Source: a virus (Duplodnaviria > Caudoviricetes). Taken from it: a stretch of 56,171 nucleotides of DNA. Below the pieces are notes generated by a model. It was not told where the DNA came from and searched no databases. It worked only from the letters and a program-made list of their open reading frames with translations. The translations under genes were made by a program, and so were the position numbers. Of this stretch, positions 36,005 to 46,831 are shown piece after piece. Every line of letters starts with the position of its first letter. Position 1 is the stretch's first letter. The stretch covers positions 1-56,171 of the IMG/VR virus record IMGVR_UViG_3300049489_000406; one strand, given 5' to 3'.

Positions 36005-37311
36005 GCAAACACTACCGTGCCCAGTACTGGCAGTTCAGTATCTGTTACAGCTATTGACCCAGCCGGTAAAGTAAGAGAAAAATCTATAAGCGACTGACCT
36101 GTTTGCGTGTCGACCGCGGTCTGGATGGGCTTAGTGTACTGATTCACGTTAATCGTGTTTATCGGATTTAGCTTTTTACCGATTGCTACTGACTCTTGAA
36201 AAAATTGCGTTAACGCTCCCGTAATGGCTGTACGCATGCCCTGTGTATCGGGCGTAATAGACGCAAAATTGAAATTAATGGGCAACGGTGTGGGAGCATC
36301 GACAATAATGTTAGCCTCCGGCAACTCCGCAGGTGTGGGTATTTGATCTCTAACTGCTATCAAATCAGCAGGACTGGGTATTATATTCGCATCATTATCT
36401 CGAACATAATATATTGTAACATGTCCGGCACTCGGAGTTATTGGGAGTACCCACACTCTCGTGATCCCCGCAATGCTGTACAAAATATCTTCTATCGCTT
36501 GCACACTAAAATGAGCAACTGGGTTACGAACTCGGTATAAAACGCGATCTCTAAATTGATCGTCACTCTCAACATCAGCGCCACCTGTTATCCCATTTTG
36601 GTTTACGTAAGACGTACTACTGACACCAGGCATAGTGTTTAATAGAGTAAACTGCGCACCTGATTCTTGATTCCCTGCGCTGCCAGCTATAGTGGATGTA
36701 ACATTAGCGGGTACAAAAGATGCTGAGACGTTTATGCTGCCTGCAAGCCCATCACCGATAGGACTCGCAATTGTAAATATAAAGCTATCAGTATCAATCA
36801 CAGTTATCGTAAATGTGCCTATAAGCGCACTAGGTGCAGATATTGACGTTGTAACTATCTGCATGCCAGATGCTAATTCATGATTTGATATTGTAACAGT
36901 AGCGGTAACGCCAGTTATGTTAACCGTTCCCGCTTCTAAAAAAGCTGCGATTGTTGCATCGGCGTCCGTAGTGTATTGATTACCTGTTTGCGACTGAAAT
37001 ATTGTACCTGCGGGTATCAATGTCCCTACCGTGCCCACTATATTAATTGATCCCTTCGCATTACTAGCTATCTGTCTAATTTTGTTGAACACTGACGCAT
37101 ACGCGTCTAAAAAATCATCCTCGGATGTCAGTAGCAACAAGCGTCTCTCTAGTAAAGTCTGACGACCGTATAGCTGTTTTATGGCCCCAGCCAGGCTTTT
37201 GACTAACGCACGTAATATGCTTCTACGCACTGTGGGGTTAGTCCCATCCCAGGATTGCGTAACATCCGTATTAATACGATCTATGATTTCTGATAATGTT
37301 GCATCTGACAT
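36001..37311 (-). CDS. Baseplate J / Mu gp47-like wedge protein
   Basis: G..GT.IPAGT, G..GN, GGAD.ESD..FR.R. Confidence 0.92.
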   Translation of the reverse strand: MSDATLSEIIDRINTDVTQSWDGTNPTVRRSILRALVKSLAGAIKQLYGRQTLLERRLLLLTSEDDFLDAYASVFNKIRQIASNAKGSINIVGTVGTLIPAGTIFQSQTGNQYTTDADATIAAFLEAGTVNITGVTATVTISNHELASGMQIVTTSISAPSALIGTFTITVIDTDSFIFTIASPIGDGLAGSINVSASFVPANVTSTIAGSAGNQESGAQFTLLNTMPGVSSTSYVNQNGITGGADVESDDQFRDRVLYRVRNPVAHFSVQAIEDILYSIAGITRVWVLPITPSAGHVTIYYVRDNDANIIPSPADLIAVRDQIPTPAELPEANIIVDAPTPLPINFNFASITPDTQGMRTAITGALTQFFQESVAIGKKLNPINTINVNQYTKPIQTAVDTQTGQSLIDFSLTLPAGSIAVTDTELPVLGTVVFA

Positions 37312-37757
37312 TAAATATTTCCTACGACGTTAAACTGTCTTTGAATAACGCTACTGTCTTTGTATATATTAATAGTTAGTGTTACTGTATCATTTTCGTA
37401 ATCTATTTCAGCATCTGCCGTAACACTATCCGCAAGATCATCAGCTATTAACCAATTAAGCGATGCTATAGTATAGTTAATAATATAGTTTTTTGAAAGT
37501 GTACTCAAAGGCTGATTAAATGATAGCCAAAGTTTGGAGCCGATCTCATCACCTACATCACCGAATAAATCCCCCCACCATCCACGGCGTAATAAAGGGT
37601 CAGCCTGTTCACTTTCAGAAGCCCGTGCATCAGTTAGTAAAGACACTATAAGCGCGGTATTAAGCCCGTAAGTGCCCGCAATATCCCCATCCGAACCGAG
37701 TGATATGTCGTAATATCCTTTCGATGTGTCAAGTAATAAGTCTACTGGCACGGTCAT
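37311..37757 (-). CDS. Mu gp46-like baseplate protein
   Basis: L.TAL.VSL.TDARA...RRGWWGD...IGSKLWL. Confidence 0.9.
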   Translation of the reverse strand: MTVPVDLLLDTSKGYYDISLGSDGDIAGTYGLNTALIVSLLTDARASESEQADPLLRRGWWGDLFGDVGDEIGSKLWLSFNQPLSTLSKNYIINYTIASLNWLIADDLADSVTADAEIDYENDTVTLTINIYKDSSVIQRQFNVVGNI

Positions 37758-38428
37758 GTAAGTGTTCCAGATGTTCCGGTCACTGGATGTATTCCGTCAT
37801 GCGACACTTCATACGACCCTGGGCTATGTGTATGATTATTGAAAGACTTACCCGCCGAGGTTATCATATCGCCAGCGCCTGTTATGTTTCCTGCTCCGGT
37901 TATATTAACAGACGGGGCATTAAAAGGCACACTACTAGTAAGTGATGATCCGTTCAATACCAGTGTAGCGCTTCCTGATTTTAAAGTAATTGATCCTTGA
38001 GACTCTATCAGAACATCACCTTGCGCGGTATGCGTTATTTTACCTTTAGCTGCTGAACACTTTATATCGCCCTCAGGAGTAACTATATTTATTTCAAAAT
38101 TGTTTAAAAATTCAATGTAAGTATTTTTTGAAGCGTTGCCAGCTACATACTCAAAAGGTTGTCTACCGGTAAATCTATTGAACATATCATATGGAAAGGT
38201 TATTAAATTTTCTTCTTGCCCCATTAGAGTAAACGTAATGCCCAGCATATCTTTTGAAACGCCTGAACAAGTGCCGTAGGGATGATAAACCTGACTTTCT
38301 GACACCGAACCCAGTGATGATACTTGCGCGGTGTATACTTTTTTGTTATCTTTCTGGTCGCTTAAAAACTTACTATTACGCGACGAATGCTTTATTTTAT
38401 TGAGAAGTATCGAATACTCTTCCGACAT
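37754..38428 (-). CDS. Baseplate spike (Mu gp45/gpV-like)
   Basis: PYG..S motif; beta-helix repeats; HTH metal-binding tip (NNHTH). Confidence 0.85.
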   Translation of the reverse strand: MSEEYSILLNKIKHSSRNSKFLSDQKDNKKVYTAQVSSLGSVSESQVYHPYGTCSGVSKDMLGITFTLMGQEENLITFPYDMFNRFTGRQPFEYVAGNASKNTYIEFLNNFEINIVTPEGDIKCSAAKGKITHTAQGDVLIESQGSITLKSGSATLVLNGSSLTSSVPFNAPSVNITGAGNITGAGDMITSAGKSFNNHTHSPGSYEVSHDGIHPVTGTSGTLT

Positions 38429-39530
38429 TTTGCACCTTTTGCTTTGCTTTGTCTCTTTCGGCTTGAACCGTGAAAGAATCAGGCAGCACTAACACTAATT
38501 TAGTGTGCGCACCCTCGCTGTCTAACTTAAACTGTACTGAGGCTATTAGTAATACTGCGTCTATGCCCGCAAATTCATCAATAACGTGCACTTTTGAATT
38601 AGTCGACCAAAGATTAACGCCGTCATATGTAAAGCCTGCCACTGTGCAAGGATAGTTAAAATATTTTGCGTTAGCTACGTTAGATTGCCAGATTGCCCAT
38701 TGTTTTGCTGTGTTTCTATCTACCGAAGCATCTGAAATGAAATTATACACACGAGACTGTCTTATTGATGCGTTCTCACTCTCTCCAAGCACGCTATTAA
38801 TCAGATAGTCAAAATCCCCTGGTGTCTCTATTGACTCTACAAAAACTGGTAGCTTTTGCTGCTGTGCGTGACATCTGTACTTATTAAATAGAACCCTAGT
38901 GTTAAATCTTGCAGTACTAATTAAGATGTTGCTAGACGCATCGCCTTTTTTATATATAAGACTAGTATTTATTGTCTTTGCATTTTGTGCATCTCTTAAC
39001 ACAAGATCACCGGAAGGTGATGAGCCTAGATAGACTTGAGATTTTTTTGCATACTTATCAAGGTATTCAAAAAATCCTTCACCTGTTTGTGGTGCTACAT
39101 AATCATTCTTAACGAATAACGTACGTTTTGAAGATTCTACTATAACATTTGCTTTAATTTTAAGCTTTGAAAGAACAGTACGGCAAACATCATCAAAATA
39201 CACGTTACCGCTAAAAGGCTGTATTATTGAGCTATCTACTGTAGAATCTAAAAGATCACTGAGTTTATCGCTCCCAGTTGCTGAAATTTCTCTTGCGTTG
39301 TAATTTTGCGTTACTACTATTTCATCCACGTATCCAGTAAGCACAAGTATATCATTAATTTTAACTCTACATGGTGCTGAGAGTTTTATGGGGTAGCCGT
39401 CTAGAGTTTCTGGAATTCCTACAGTAAATGAATACTGCTTACATAAATTAACAAATGAATCTGACACTACCGCGGATTTAAAACCTACATAGTCTTTACC
39501 GTTGAGTTCAATAGATATAATATCTTTCAT
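38397..39530 (-). CDS. Baseplate hub (Mu gp44/gpP-like)
   Basis: LTGYVD, G.DK..DL.DS, GE..FE.L. Confidence 0.88.
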   Translation of the reverse strand: MKDIISIELNGKDYVGFKSAVVSDSFVNLCKQYSFTVGIPETLDGYPIKLSAPCRVKINDILVLTGYVDEIVVTQNYNAREISATGSDKLSDLLDSTVDSSIIQPFSGNVYFDDVCRTVLSKLKIKANVIVESSKRTLFVKNDYVAPQTGEGFFEYLDKYAKKSQVYLGSSPSGDLVLRDAQNAKTINTSLIYKKGDASSNILISTARFNTRVLFNKYRCHAQQQKLPVFVESIETPGDFDYLINSVLGESENASIRQSRVYNFISDASVDRNTAKQWAIWQSNVANAKYFNYPCTVAGFTYDGVNLWSTNSKVHVIDEFAGIDAVLLIASVQFKLDSEGAHTKLVLVLPDSFTVQAERDKAKQKVQNVGRVFDTSQ

Positions 39531-40747
39531 GCTATGAACACCTTAAGCATGCCAGATACTACACCCTGATTAGCTGTTTTGTTAAGTTCTGCTAGCATAT
39601 CATAGTAGTCTAAATTATCGTATAGTGCATAAGTTAGCCCAATGAGTGACCTATTTTGTACAAATATTTCAGCTATTGATTTGGTATTAACCAGTTTATC
39701 ATTCATAAATCCCGATATATCATCCCTCATTGACGATATAGCATCCATGGTGTCCTGGTCGAATATCTGTATTCGGTTTCCAAAAGCGTCAAGGCTGTAG
39801 TTTTCCTGCACGGAAAGATTATATTGATTTTCTAGTAACACTGAATGCTGAGTTATATCATATTCTGTATTAAATACTTTATTTGTTGTATTTTTGTATT
39901 CGTTAACCATCGATAGCGTGTTAAGTAGAAGATTAAAGGATTTTCTATTCCTTTCTGCTACTATACGTGCTGTCGTATCAATTGAGGTATGCTTATACAC
40001 GTCAAAACTAAAGAAATGAGCATTAAGCTTGGTTATGTCATCCGCATTAGAAGCTATAGCTATCATGCTGTCGTGTGTATCTAAAACGGATTGCGCAAGG
40101 CTACTTGGATTTGTTACTTTTTCAACCGATGATGCCTCTAAACTGTTAATATTCTGCACAAATTTTGTGAGATTTTCTTTCACGGCAGGCACTAACTGTA
40201 ACGAATCTCTGTATCTATCAATTAGGCTATCTACAAAATTTTTATACTTACTTATCGCGTTAAGATAGAAACTTGCGCCGTTCCACGCATCTGAAAATGC
40301 TCGAAGTATGGCAGCAATTGTACTATCATACTTATTATTTATGCCCGATACATTACTCGTAACATCCGTAGGAAATTGAGCAGGCTGCACTTGAATAAAA
40401 GTTACTTTATAATCAGCCCTTCCAACACCCGTTATATCTTCGCTTACGGAATGAATAGACGCTTGTGCCAGCATCTGCCCGTCGGTTGGATGAATAAACA
40501 CGCCAGGGTCGGGAGACTTCAACGCATTTTCTAGCTGCGCTTTATTTTGATAGTAGTCAATATCCGCGCCAGTAACGACTATATTAAGCTCATAGGTAGC
40601 AAGCACTTCTCCTAAATCCTGGGTGCCGCGGGTTCTGTACGGGTAATTATCGACAATAATGTTGCGACCTTGGCTTTTAGATGTTCCACTAAAAAGAAAG
40701 GGTACCCCTTTATACGACCCTTGGAGTAGCTGCGATGCGACGCTCAT
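39527..40747 (-). CDS. Mu gp43-like 'DNA circularisation' protein
   Basis: L..GSYKGVPF...GR.....YPY....QDLG; PG...HP..G. Confidence 0.88.
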   Translation of the reverse strand: MSVASQLLQGSYKGVPFLFSGTSKSQGRNIIVDNYPYRTRGTQDLGEVLATYELNIVVTGADIDYYQNKAQLENALKSPDPGVFIHPTDGQMLAQASIHSVSEDITGVGRADYKVTFIQVQPAQFPTDVTSNVSGINNKYDSTIAAILRAFSDAWNGASFYLNAISKYKNFVDSLIDRYRDSLQLVPAVKENLTKFVQNINSLEASSVEKVTNPSSLAQSVLDTHDSMIAIASNADDITKLNAHFFSFDVYKHTSIDTTARIVAERNRKSFNLLLNTLSMVNEYKNTTNKVFNTEYDITQHSVLLENQYNLSVQENYSLDAFGNRIQIFDQDTMDAISSMRDDISGFMNDKLVNTKSIAEIFVQNRSLIGLTYALYDNLDYYDMLAELNKTANQGVVSGMLKVFIA

Positions 40748-42627
40748 ACTAGAAATCCGTAGGGCACATCATCTCTTAGCATTGAGGATGTACCAGCTTT
40801 TACTATTGTATGCGTACTTCCTGCTGTAGTTACAGTCTTATGTTTAACCCCGTCAGTGTATAAATGCACATGATTTACGTTAACATTTTTATTTAAACTA
40901 TGCGATACCGCAGCCGGTGTATGTGCTTCGGAACCCCCAAACAACCCCTTTACTGATTCATAAGCGCTTGAAAAAGGATGAGCTATGGCACTTACTACGC
41001 TATGCACAGCGGAAAATGCGCTCATAAAGGTGCCTTTTATATAGTCAACCACGGCTTTTAAAGGGTGAAGTAAATACGTATTAATCATACCGCCTACAGC
41101 CGTACATACGCTATATACCGTGTCTTTAATAGATTTCCAATGCTTGACAAACTCATATATTGCAAAGCCTGCGGCTGCTATCGCTGTAATTATCGCAACG
41201 ATTGGGTTCAGCTCCATCAAAAGATTAAAAGCCGCCATTATCCCGTTAGCCGCAATTAGCGCCCCTCGCAATACTATAAGTGCTGTACGATATGCAAGGG
41301 TAGCAGTAGTAAGTACCGCAAGCTTAACTCCTGCGTACACATATTTCAAACCAAGTGCTAGGTAACTATCCGAAAGTCGCTCAGTTACTACCCGTAGGAT
41401 CCCCTGGCTCGCCGTGAATGCCACAGTAATGCCTTTCAATATCTTAATCGCTTCCGATCCGTTGAACGTGGCTATTCTAAAAAGAATCATCGCTAAACGT
41501 GCGCCTTTCAAAGCGAATCCTGCCGCTACCATCACCGCTCCAAATAGCACAGACGCCGCAACAAATCCTATAACTATAAGGGCGCCAGCAGTTATAGCTT
41601 TTATCAGCTCTTTATGCTTGCTTGAAAAGTCAGCTATTGCTGTGGACGCTTTCAATATAACACTGCTTAACGTCTCGAACGCTGGCGTTGCTGCTGTAAG
41701 AAACTTTGACAGCGCATCATTAAGTGAATTAAATGCACGGGTAAGCCTTCCCGTCATCGTGCTGCCCTGATCCACGGCTGCGGTAGCAAACTTTGAAGAT
41801 GCTTGAGCTACTAAGTTTTTTATTCTCTCGGCTTGAGTGAGTCCAGTCACTAGAATGTCACCGACACCGGAAACTTTACCTATGTCAAATATTGCTTGTG
41901 ACACCTGGTTTGTAACTGTCTTTATGTCTTCTTTAGTGGATGCTGCTATATTGAGTATAACGGGTATTAACTTCTTTATGTTAGCTTCACCCGCACCTTT
42001 CGAAGCAAGTAGCGCTTCAGAAGTCATAACTGTACCAGATGAGAAAGTAGTAGCCTTAGCCAAACTATCAGCTAAAGCTTTCATAGATGAGACGTCTATG
42101 CCCTTAGCACTTGTTAGCGTACTGAGCGCACTTTCTTGCATCTTAAGCTCTTTGAAAGGCTTCATAAATAAAGCTAATATAGGCATTGCAACATTCATAG
42201 AGTTTATATAACCAGAAAAAGCCATCTTACCTGCCCACTCATTAAACTTAGTGATGCTGTCTTTAGCGGGCTTGAAATTGATGGGTTTAATAGTGATCGA
42301 TCTATCGATAAGATTAGTTTGCATGCCCTTAAGCGCTTCGCTCATATTACGCACTAACTTATTAAATTGACCTTCAAGCTTAATAAGCGACATGCCAATA
42401 TTGGTATCGACACTAACTATCGTATTTTTCAGCGATTCGAAATTAGCGCCTACACTACGAGAAACTTCACTTGCTGACATATGAAGTTTACTTAATGATT
42501 CGGATGTACTTACCGATATTTTTTCGACTGTAGAACGTAAACTATTAAGCTGCTGTTTTAAGCGTTCAGTTACTTCGCTAAATTTGTCAATAGCTGTTAT
42601 AGTGTAAGATACATCAAATCTAGCCAT
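40744..42627 (-). CDS. Tail tape measure protein
   Basis: I.AIDKFS N-terminus; Ala-rich helical body; NP+..II.AI......+.+..HW. Confidence 0.88.
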   Translation of the reverse strand: MARFDVSYTITAIDKFSEVTERLKQQLNSLRSTVEKISVSTSESLSKLHMSASEVSRSVGANFESLKNTIVSVDTNIGMSLIKLEGQFNKLVRNMSEALKGMQTNLIDRSITIKPINFKPAKDSITKFNEWAGKMAFSGYINSMNVAMPILALFMKPFKELKMQESALSTLTSAKGIDVSSMKALADSLAKATTFSSGTVMTSEALLASKGAGEANIKKLIPVILNIAASTKEDIKTVTNQVSQAIFDIGKVSGVGDILVTGLTQAERIKNLVAQASSKFATAAVDQGSTMTGRLTRAFNSLNDALSKFLTAATPAFETLSSVILKASTAIADFSSKHKELIKAITAGALIVIGFVAASVLFGAVMVAAGFALKGARLAMILFRIATFNGSEAIKILKGITVAFTASQGILRVVTERLSDSYLALGLKYVYAGVKLAVLTTATLAYRTALIVLRGALIAANGIMAAFNLLMELNPIVAIITAIAAAGFAIYEFVKHWKSIKDTVYSVCTAVGGMINTYLLHPLKAVVDYIKGTFMSAFSAVHSVVSAIAHPFSSAYESVKGLFGGSEAHTPAAVSHSLNKNVNVNHVHLYTDGVKHKTVTTAGSTHTIVKAGTSSMLRDDVPYGFLV

Positions 42628-42806
42628 TAACCACGCTCCATAGCTGCCTGTTCTTCTTTAGAAATTTTTACAGCATTTTTATAGTACGTTTCGAATGCTG
42701 ATATTGTCATAGTTTTAATATCGCTATGCGTTAACGACCCTTTATAAAATCTTAAGATGGAGCATATCGCAAATTCAAAATCTTCTATGCCCCAGTGAAT
42801 TTTTTT
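42627..42806 (-). other. Programmed -1 frameshift extension (tail chaperone G-T)
   Basis: Slippery A AAA AAA at 42800-42806; the -1 frame is open for about 57 codons to a TAA overlapping the TMP ATG. Confidence 0.75.
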
Positions 42807-43285
42807 GGTGTGATAAACCTCGCAGTGTATTTAACCATCAAGCTTTCAAGATCGCTAAAAGATACAAACTTAGAAAGCCACCCAGCTTTCATTGGCACTT
42901 TTCCTGTCTCTTCAACGGCACACACATCTGTATTACATATCATATCTTGAAAATTCTTCACGAATACGGCGTAATTGTCGCCAAGTAAATCTATAGCAAC
43001 GCCAGTAAGATTTTCTGCTATATCCTCTTCACTGGCTGCGGCTTGCTTAGACACATTCTGGCTAATTTCACTTTCTTTAGACATGATAGAATTTGTAAGG
43101 GATACGACATCAGTCATGAATGAGCGAGAAATGAGCGACCGCAACTTTAGAAAATACTCGTAGCTTGAACATTGTGGCTCGTACAGATACAGCGTTCGAG
43201 TCGTGATAGGATTACCCTTTGCATCACAACACTGTAAATCATTACTGAGCGTAAAAGTAAAGCTATTGCGTGTTAAGATTGACAT
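42785..43285 (-). CDS. Tail assembly chaperone
   Basis: Between the tube and tape measure genes; ends in a slippery site. Confidence 0.75.
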   Translation of the reverse strand: MSILTRNSFTFTLSNDLQCCDAKGNPITTRTLYLYEPQCSSYEYFLKLRSLISRSFMTDVVSLTNSIMSKESEISQNVSKQAAASEEDIAENLTGVAIDLLGDNYAVFVKNFQDMICNTDVCAVEETGKVPMKAGWLSKFVSFSDLESLMVKYTARFITPKKFTGA

Positions 43286-43286
43286 G

Positions 43287-43679
43287 TTAAAACTCCGCTT
43301 TGTTGCCTTCGATAATAACTTCTACTTCCCCATCTGCGGAAAATGAATACTCAGGATCATTAGATACTATAGCCCCTGACATAGAACCCGCTAGCCCGTT
43401 CTGATCAACGTATTGAATAAGATTACTAAACTTATTACTTTTAGCCGTTCTAACAATCTCTATATTCTCAAGTGTGGGATAAATCTTAAACTTAATACCG
43501 CCTTTCGCCGTCGTTAAATCTTGTGAGTATGCATACGTCACTTGCCCGCCTCCTAGGGACTGCGGCGATAGCTTAGACGTTCCAAGACCTTCAACGAGTG
43601 AAAAAGAGTTAGGCACAAGTGGTATAACCTCTCCATTGATCATAACGCTGGGCGCAAATATTTTAGCTTGCGTTGACAT
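43287..43679 (-). CDS. Tail tube protein
   Basis: 130 aa after the sheath gene; ADGEVEV.IEG C-terminus as in Mu-like tubes. Confidence 0.75.
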   Translation of the reverse strand: MSTQAKIFAPSVMINGEVIPLVPNSFSLVEGLGTSKLSPQSLGGGQVTYAYSQDLTTAKGGIKFKIYPTLENIEIVRTAKSNKFSNLIQYVDQNGLAGSMSGAIVSNDPEYSFSADGEVEVIIEGNKAEF

Positions 43680-43680
43680 T

Positions 43681-45255
43681 TTAAGCTCCTTGGCTGCTAA
43701 AGCTGAATGAAATTCTGAGCGTTCCGTTAAGCACTCGAAGCTGTTTCACGATAGGCACAATCATAGATACGTCAAACCCTATGATCATACCACTATCTGT
43801 TACAACTCCAACATTTAAATTCTGTTTAAAAAAGTTAATGGCATCTCTACCCGCTTCACAGAGTCCGTAGGGCTTCCCTGTTAGGTTTTTATACAAATGA
43901 ATTATAAAAGAACGTACTGTTGCTTCATTGGCTTGTCTACCCACCCCTGTGACGTCACCCGTAGTCAACACGGTTTGTGCGTATTGATATTTACTGTTAT
44001 TAAAAAAGTACTCACGAATTTGTGAAGCAGTATCCACAGCATTCAAATATTTAAATGTATTATCTGAAACACCATTTTCATCAGTGAGATACGTAGTTAC
44101 TACGTCACCCAGAATCACACGATTAACCGCAGAATTATTACCAAAAAAAGACACGCCGTTATTGTTTAAAGTTTCCTGATCGGCGCTACTCCATCCTCGG
44201 TTCTTGACAATAACAGGTATGTCTGCGAAAGGTGTTTCGTGATATGGAACAGCCGCCATATACGCACCGCCGAACGTATTCGATATATTAGCGCCTACTA
44301 GGTATGGTGCTATATTAGCGCCTGGGGTTAATCTTAAAGCGCGTATAGCTGCAAAATATGTAGCCAAGGCAGGGTTATACTCTACTATAGCTCCGCCCTT
44401 TTGATCCGCAAACGAGCTAACCGATTCGTCACTAAGATAAACAACACACTTAGAATCTAAAGACGCTACGGCACCTATAGCTCCCGCAGCCGAGGGTTGA
44501 GTACCATGTACGAGCAAAACACCGTCACGCACTGCATTAGTAGCGTTGAACGCTGCATCCAGATATTCTTGAATATCTGATATTTCATATGCCGTAGACG
44601 TTACGATCGTTTGATACCTGAACGACCCGATTATGTCGTCGAGGTCAGGCAGTGGAACGTTACCAGCGCCGCCCGAAAACGCGGACAGCGCAATCGTAAC
44701 ACCATCGATACCCTGCACGACTCTCATTTTTAACTGGTCGCCATCGAGTCCGGTGTGCGAAGCTGTAAGCGTTACAACGTTTGAGACATCCTCAGCAGTT
44801 ACAAGAATTGTATCATTTGCTGAAATAGCTGCAGCAATTGCTGCTGCAATCGTGTTGGCTGTTGATGCTGTTGTAACCGGTACTGAAATCTTATGATAAC
44901 GTTCTGATTGAACAGCGATGATAATGTTACCTGCACCCGTTGGGGTACCAGTAATCGTGATCGTAGCCGTAGCGGCGGTCGGAGCAGTTACAGGGTCTGC
45001 TAGCGGCAACACGTCTAAACGCGAAATAGCATTATACTTTTTAAAAATTCTAACCATCGTCGATAGCATAGATCGCCTGCCAAAAAGCGTATCTTCTACC
45101 CCATTGCTAGGTAGGGATTGCACAATTTCATTGACTGGCGCTGTTCCACTTGATGCTTTTTGACCGATAAGCAAAACACGCTGAGGGGCATTCGCGATCT
45201 CGCCTGGCGAACTTACAATGTTAAATGTGACAGAAGGTTTACTTATAATTGACAT
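43681..45255 (-). CDS. Tail sheath protein (Mu gpL-like)
   Basis: QRVLLIGQ, LFG..SML..M, VTTY..D..G..D..F..LN..DT. Confidence 0.92.
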   Translation of the reverse strand: MSIISKPSVTFNIVSSPGEIANAPQRVLLIGQKASSGTAPVNEIVQSLPSNGVEDTLFGRRSMLSTMVRIFKKYNAISRLDVLPLADPVTAPTAATATITITGTPTGAGNIIIAVQSERYHKISVPVTTASTANTIAAAIAAAISANDTILVTAEDVSNVVTLTASHTGLDGDQLKMRVVQGIDGVTIALSAFSGGAGNVPLPDLDDIIGSFRYQTIVTSTAYEISDIQEYLDAAFNATNAVRDGVLLVHGTQPSAAGAIGAVASLDSKCVVYLSDESVSSFADQKGGAIVEYNPALATYFAAIRALRLTPGANIAPYLVGANISNTFGGAYMAAVPYHETPFADIPVIVKNRGWSSADQETLNNNGVSFFGNNSAVNRVILGDVVTTYLTDENGVSDNTFKYLNAVDTASQIREYFFNNSKYQYAQTVLTTGDVTGVGRQANEATVRSFIIHLYKNLTGKPYGLCEAGRDAINFFKQNLNVGVVTDSGMIIGFDVSMIVPIVKQLRVLNGTLRISFSFSSQGA

Positions 45256-45257
45256 AT

Positions 45258-46382
45258 TTACGCTCCAAACTCTGGATCAACATCAAGATTAACTACCTTA
45301 TTTTGCGCATCCTGATTGAATGCTACATTTAAACCCAAATCACGGAAAGGTGCAAGTATATTAAACTGCCCTGTATCACAATAATTAACTTCGTAAGTGG
45401 TTTGGAATTTGAAACCATGCGCAAGTACAGGTCGATCTAGTAATATCTCGAAATCACTTACAAACATAAATTGGCTTGCAGGATTTGATGAATATTGCTT
45501 ATACGGCATTATCCCGAGCATCGCACGAAACACTGCAACTTTTATATCCTCTATTGCATCTCTGGTCTCCCGTGCCGATAACTCTTGTGATACCGGAGTA
45601 AATATATTTACGTCAACATCTTCGATCGTTAGAAACCAAAAAGCTTCCCCAGGCGATCGCATATCAACGCTATCATTCATTATGTTTCTATTTTTGCTAG
45701 CTGTAGTGTTTCCATGCGTCACAAAAGCCCAAAATTTACTATTAGTGCGTCCAGCTTTCTCATAATTTGTATAGCTTGCAAGTGCTCTTTGCACGTTTGC
45801 AGCCCCTGATATTCTGATATTTGTGTGCATAACCGAGGGTTCTGTTACTTCAGATACTAGATTCACGGGGCATGCAACGGTAAAACTTGTGGGTGTGGGG
45901 GTCGTTAAAACTATCTTAGCGCCATTAAGCCCTGTGTAGGCATAGCTCAACACTTTGCCATCGGTAGCATAGGTGCCGTTGGATAGCGATGTTTTAAACT
46001 TTACGTAATAGCGATTTGGTACTTCTAGCACTTCATAGTCTATGTTAAGTGTAGTGTTGCTCGATCCTCGTATACGCAAAACGGTATTAAGCCCTCGCGT
46101 TTTGAAATCAAACCCAAGTACCATGCCGTGATCTTTTGATGTTCTCACCGTGCCAACACCCTGACTTACAACGAAGCTTAGAATATCTATTGACTCCACA
46201 GCTCCTGATATTATAACGGATGATCCTGGTGTTAATCCGTGCGGCGTTGCTGTCGTTACAGTCATTACACCAAGTGACGCACTAATGCCTGAAACTGCTA
46301 TGGTGTCTGAGAATTTATCAGTGAAAAATGGCAGCACTTGTGCTAAATGATTAATGATAGGTTCAATCTTCACAATGACCAC
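45258..46382 (-). CDS. Probable tail terminator/completion protein with inserted beta domains
   Basis: Position between the gp10-like and sheath genes; TVTT..PHGL..G repeats. Confidence 0.55.
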   Translation of the reverse strand: MVIVKIEPIINHLAQVLPFFTDKFSDTIAVSGISASLGVMTVTTATPHGLTPGSSVIISGAVESIDILSFVVSQGVGTVRTSKDHGMVLGFDFKTRGLNTVLRIRGSSNTTLNIDYEVLEVPNRYYVKFKTSLSNGTYATDGKVLSYAYTGLNGAKIVLTTPTPTSFTVACPVNLVSEVTEPSVMHTNIRISGAANVQRALASYTNYEKAGRTNSKFWAFVTHGNTTASKNRNIMNDSVDMRSPGEAFWFLTIEDVDVNIFTPVSQELSARETRDAIEDIKVAVFRAMLGIMPYKQYSSNPASQFMFVSDFEILLDRPVLAHGFKFQTTYEVNYCDTGQFNILAPFRDLGLNVAFNQDAQNKVVNLDVDPEFGA

Positions 46383-46831
46383 GCAGTGTTTAAGCTATTG
46401 ATAAATCTTGTGTACGCATTTCTGTCACTATTAACTATAGCTGGCTGCAAAAACGGGCGTTTTTTAATCTCAAGCGTTCCGTATTCTAGCTTTTTAGCGT
46501 AATCCACGTCGGTGCCTCTCCCGCCAGCTCCAAAAACCATTGTGTCGGATGACACTATACCTTTTACGGACTTTGCCAATGCCCCTGTCATAATAGCCGC
46601 GGGATTGTAGGGTTTGGATGGATGATGTTTTACTATTCTACCCCTAATACGCACATAGTAAGATTTCGAGTAGTCTCGCTCTGTCTCTCTCATTAGGCGT
46701 ACAGACTCATCGCGCATGTCAATCGCTAAGTCGCAAAAAGCGCTCTGTATCGCCCTTTGTGTATTTCTCGTAGCGTTATCTGCACTCAAATATGCGATAT
46801 TGTTTTCAAATTCGTCAAGTATTTTTATCAT
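46370..46831 (-). CDS. HK97 gp10-like neck/tail-completion protein
   Basis: H.PS.P..P...TG.L..S; YA..LEYGT.....RPFL.PA. Confidence 0.85.
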   Translation of the reverse strand: MIKILDEFENNIAYLSADNATRNTQRAIQSAFCDLAIDMRDESVRLMRETERDYSKSYYVRIRGRIVKHHPSKPYNPAAIMTGALAKSVKGIVSSDTMVFGAGGRGTDVDYAKKLEYGTLEIKKRPFLQPAIVNSDRNAYTRFINSLNTAWSL

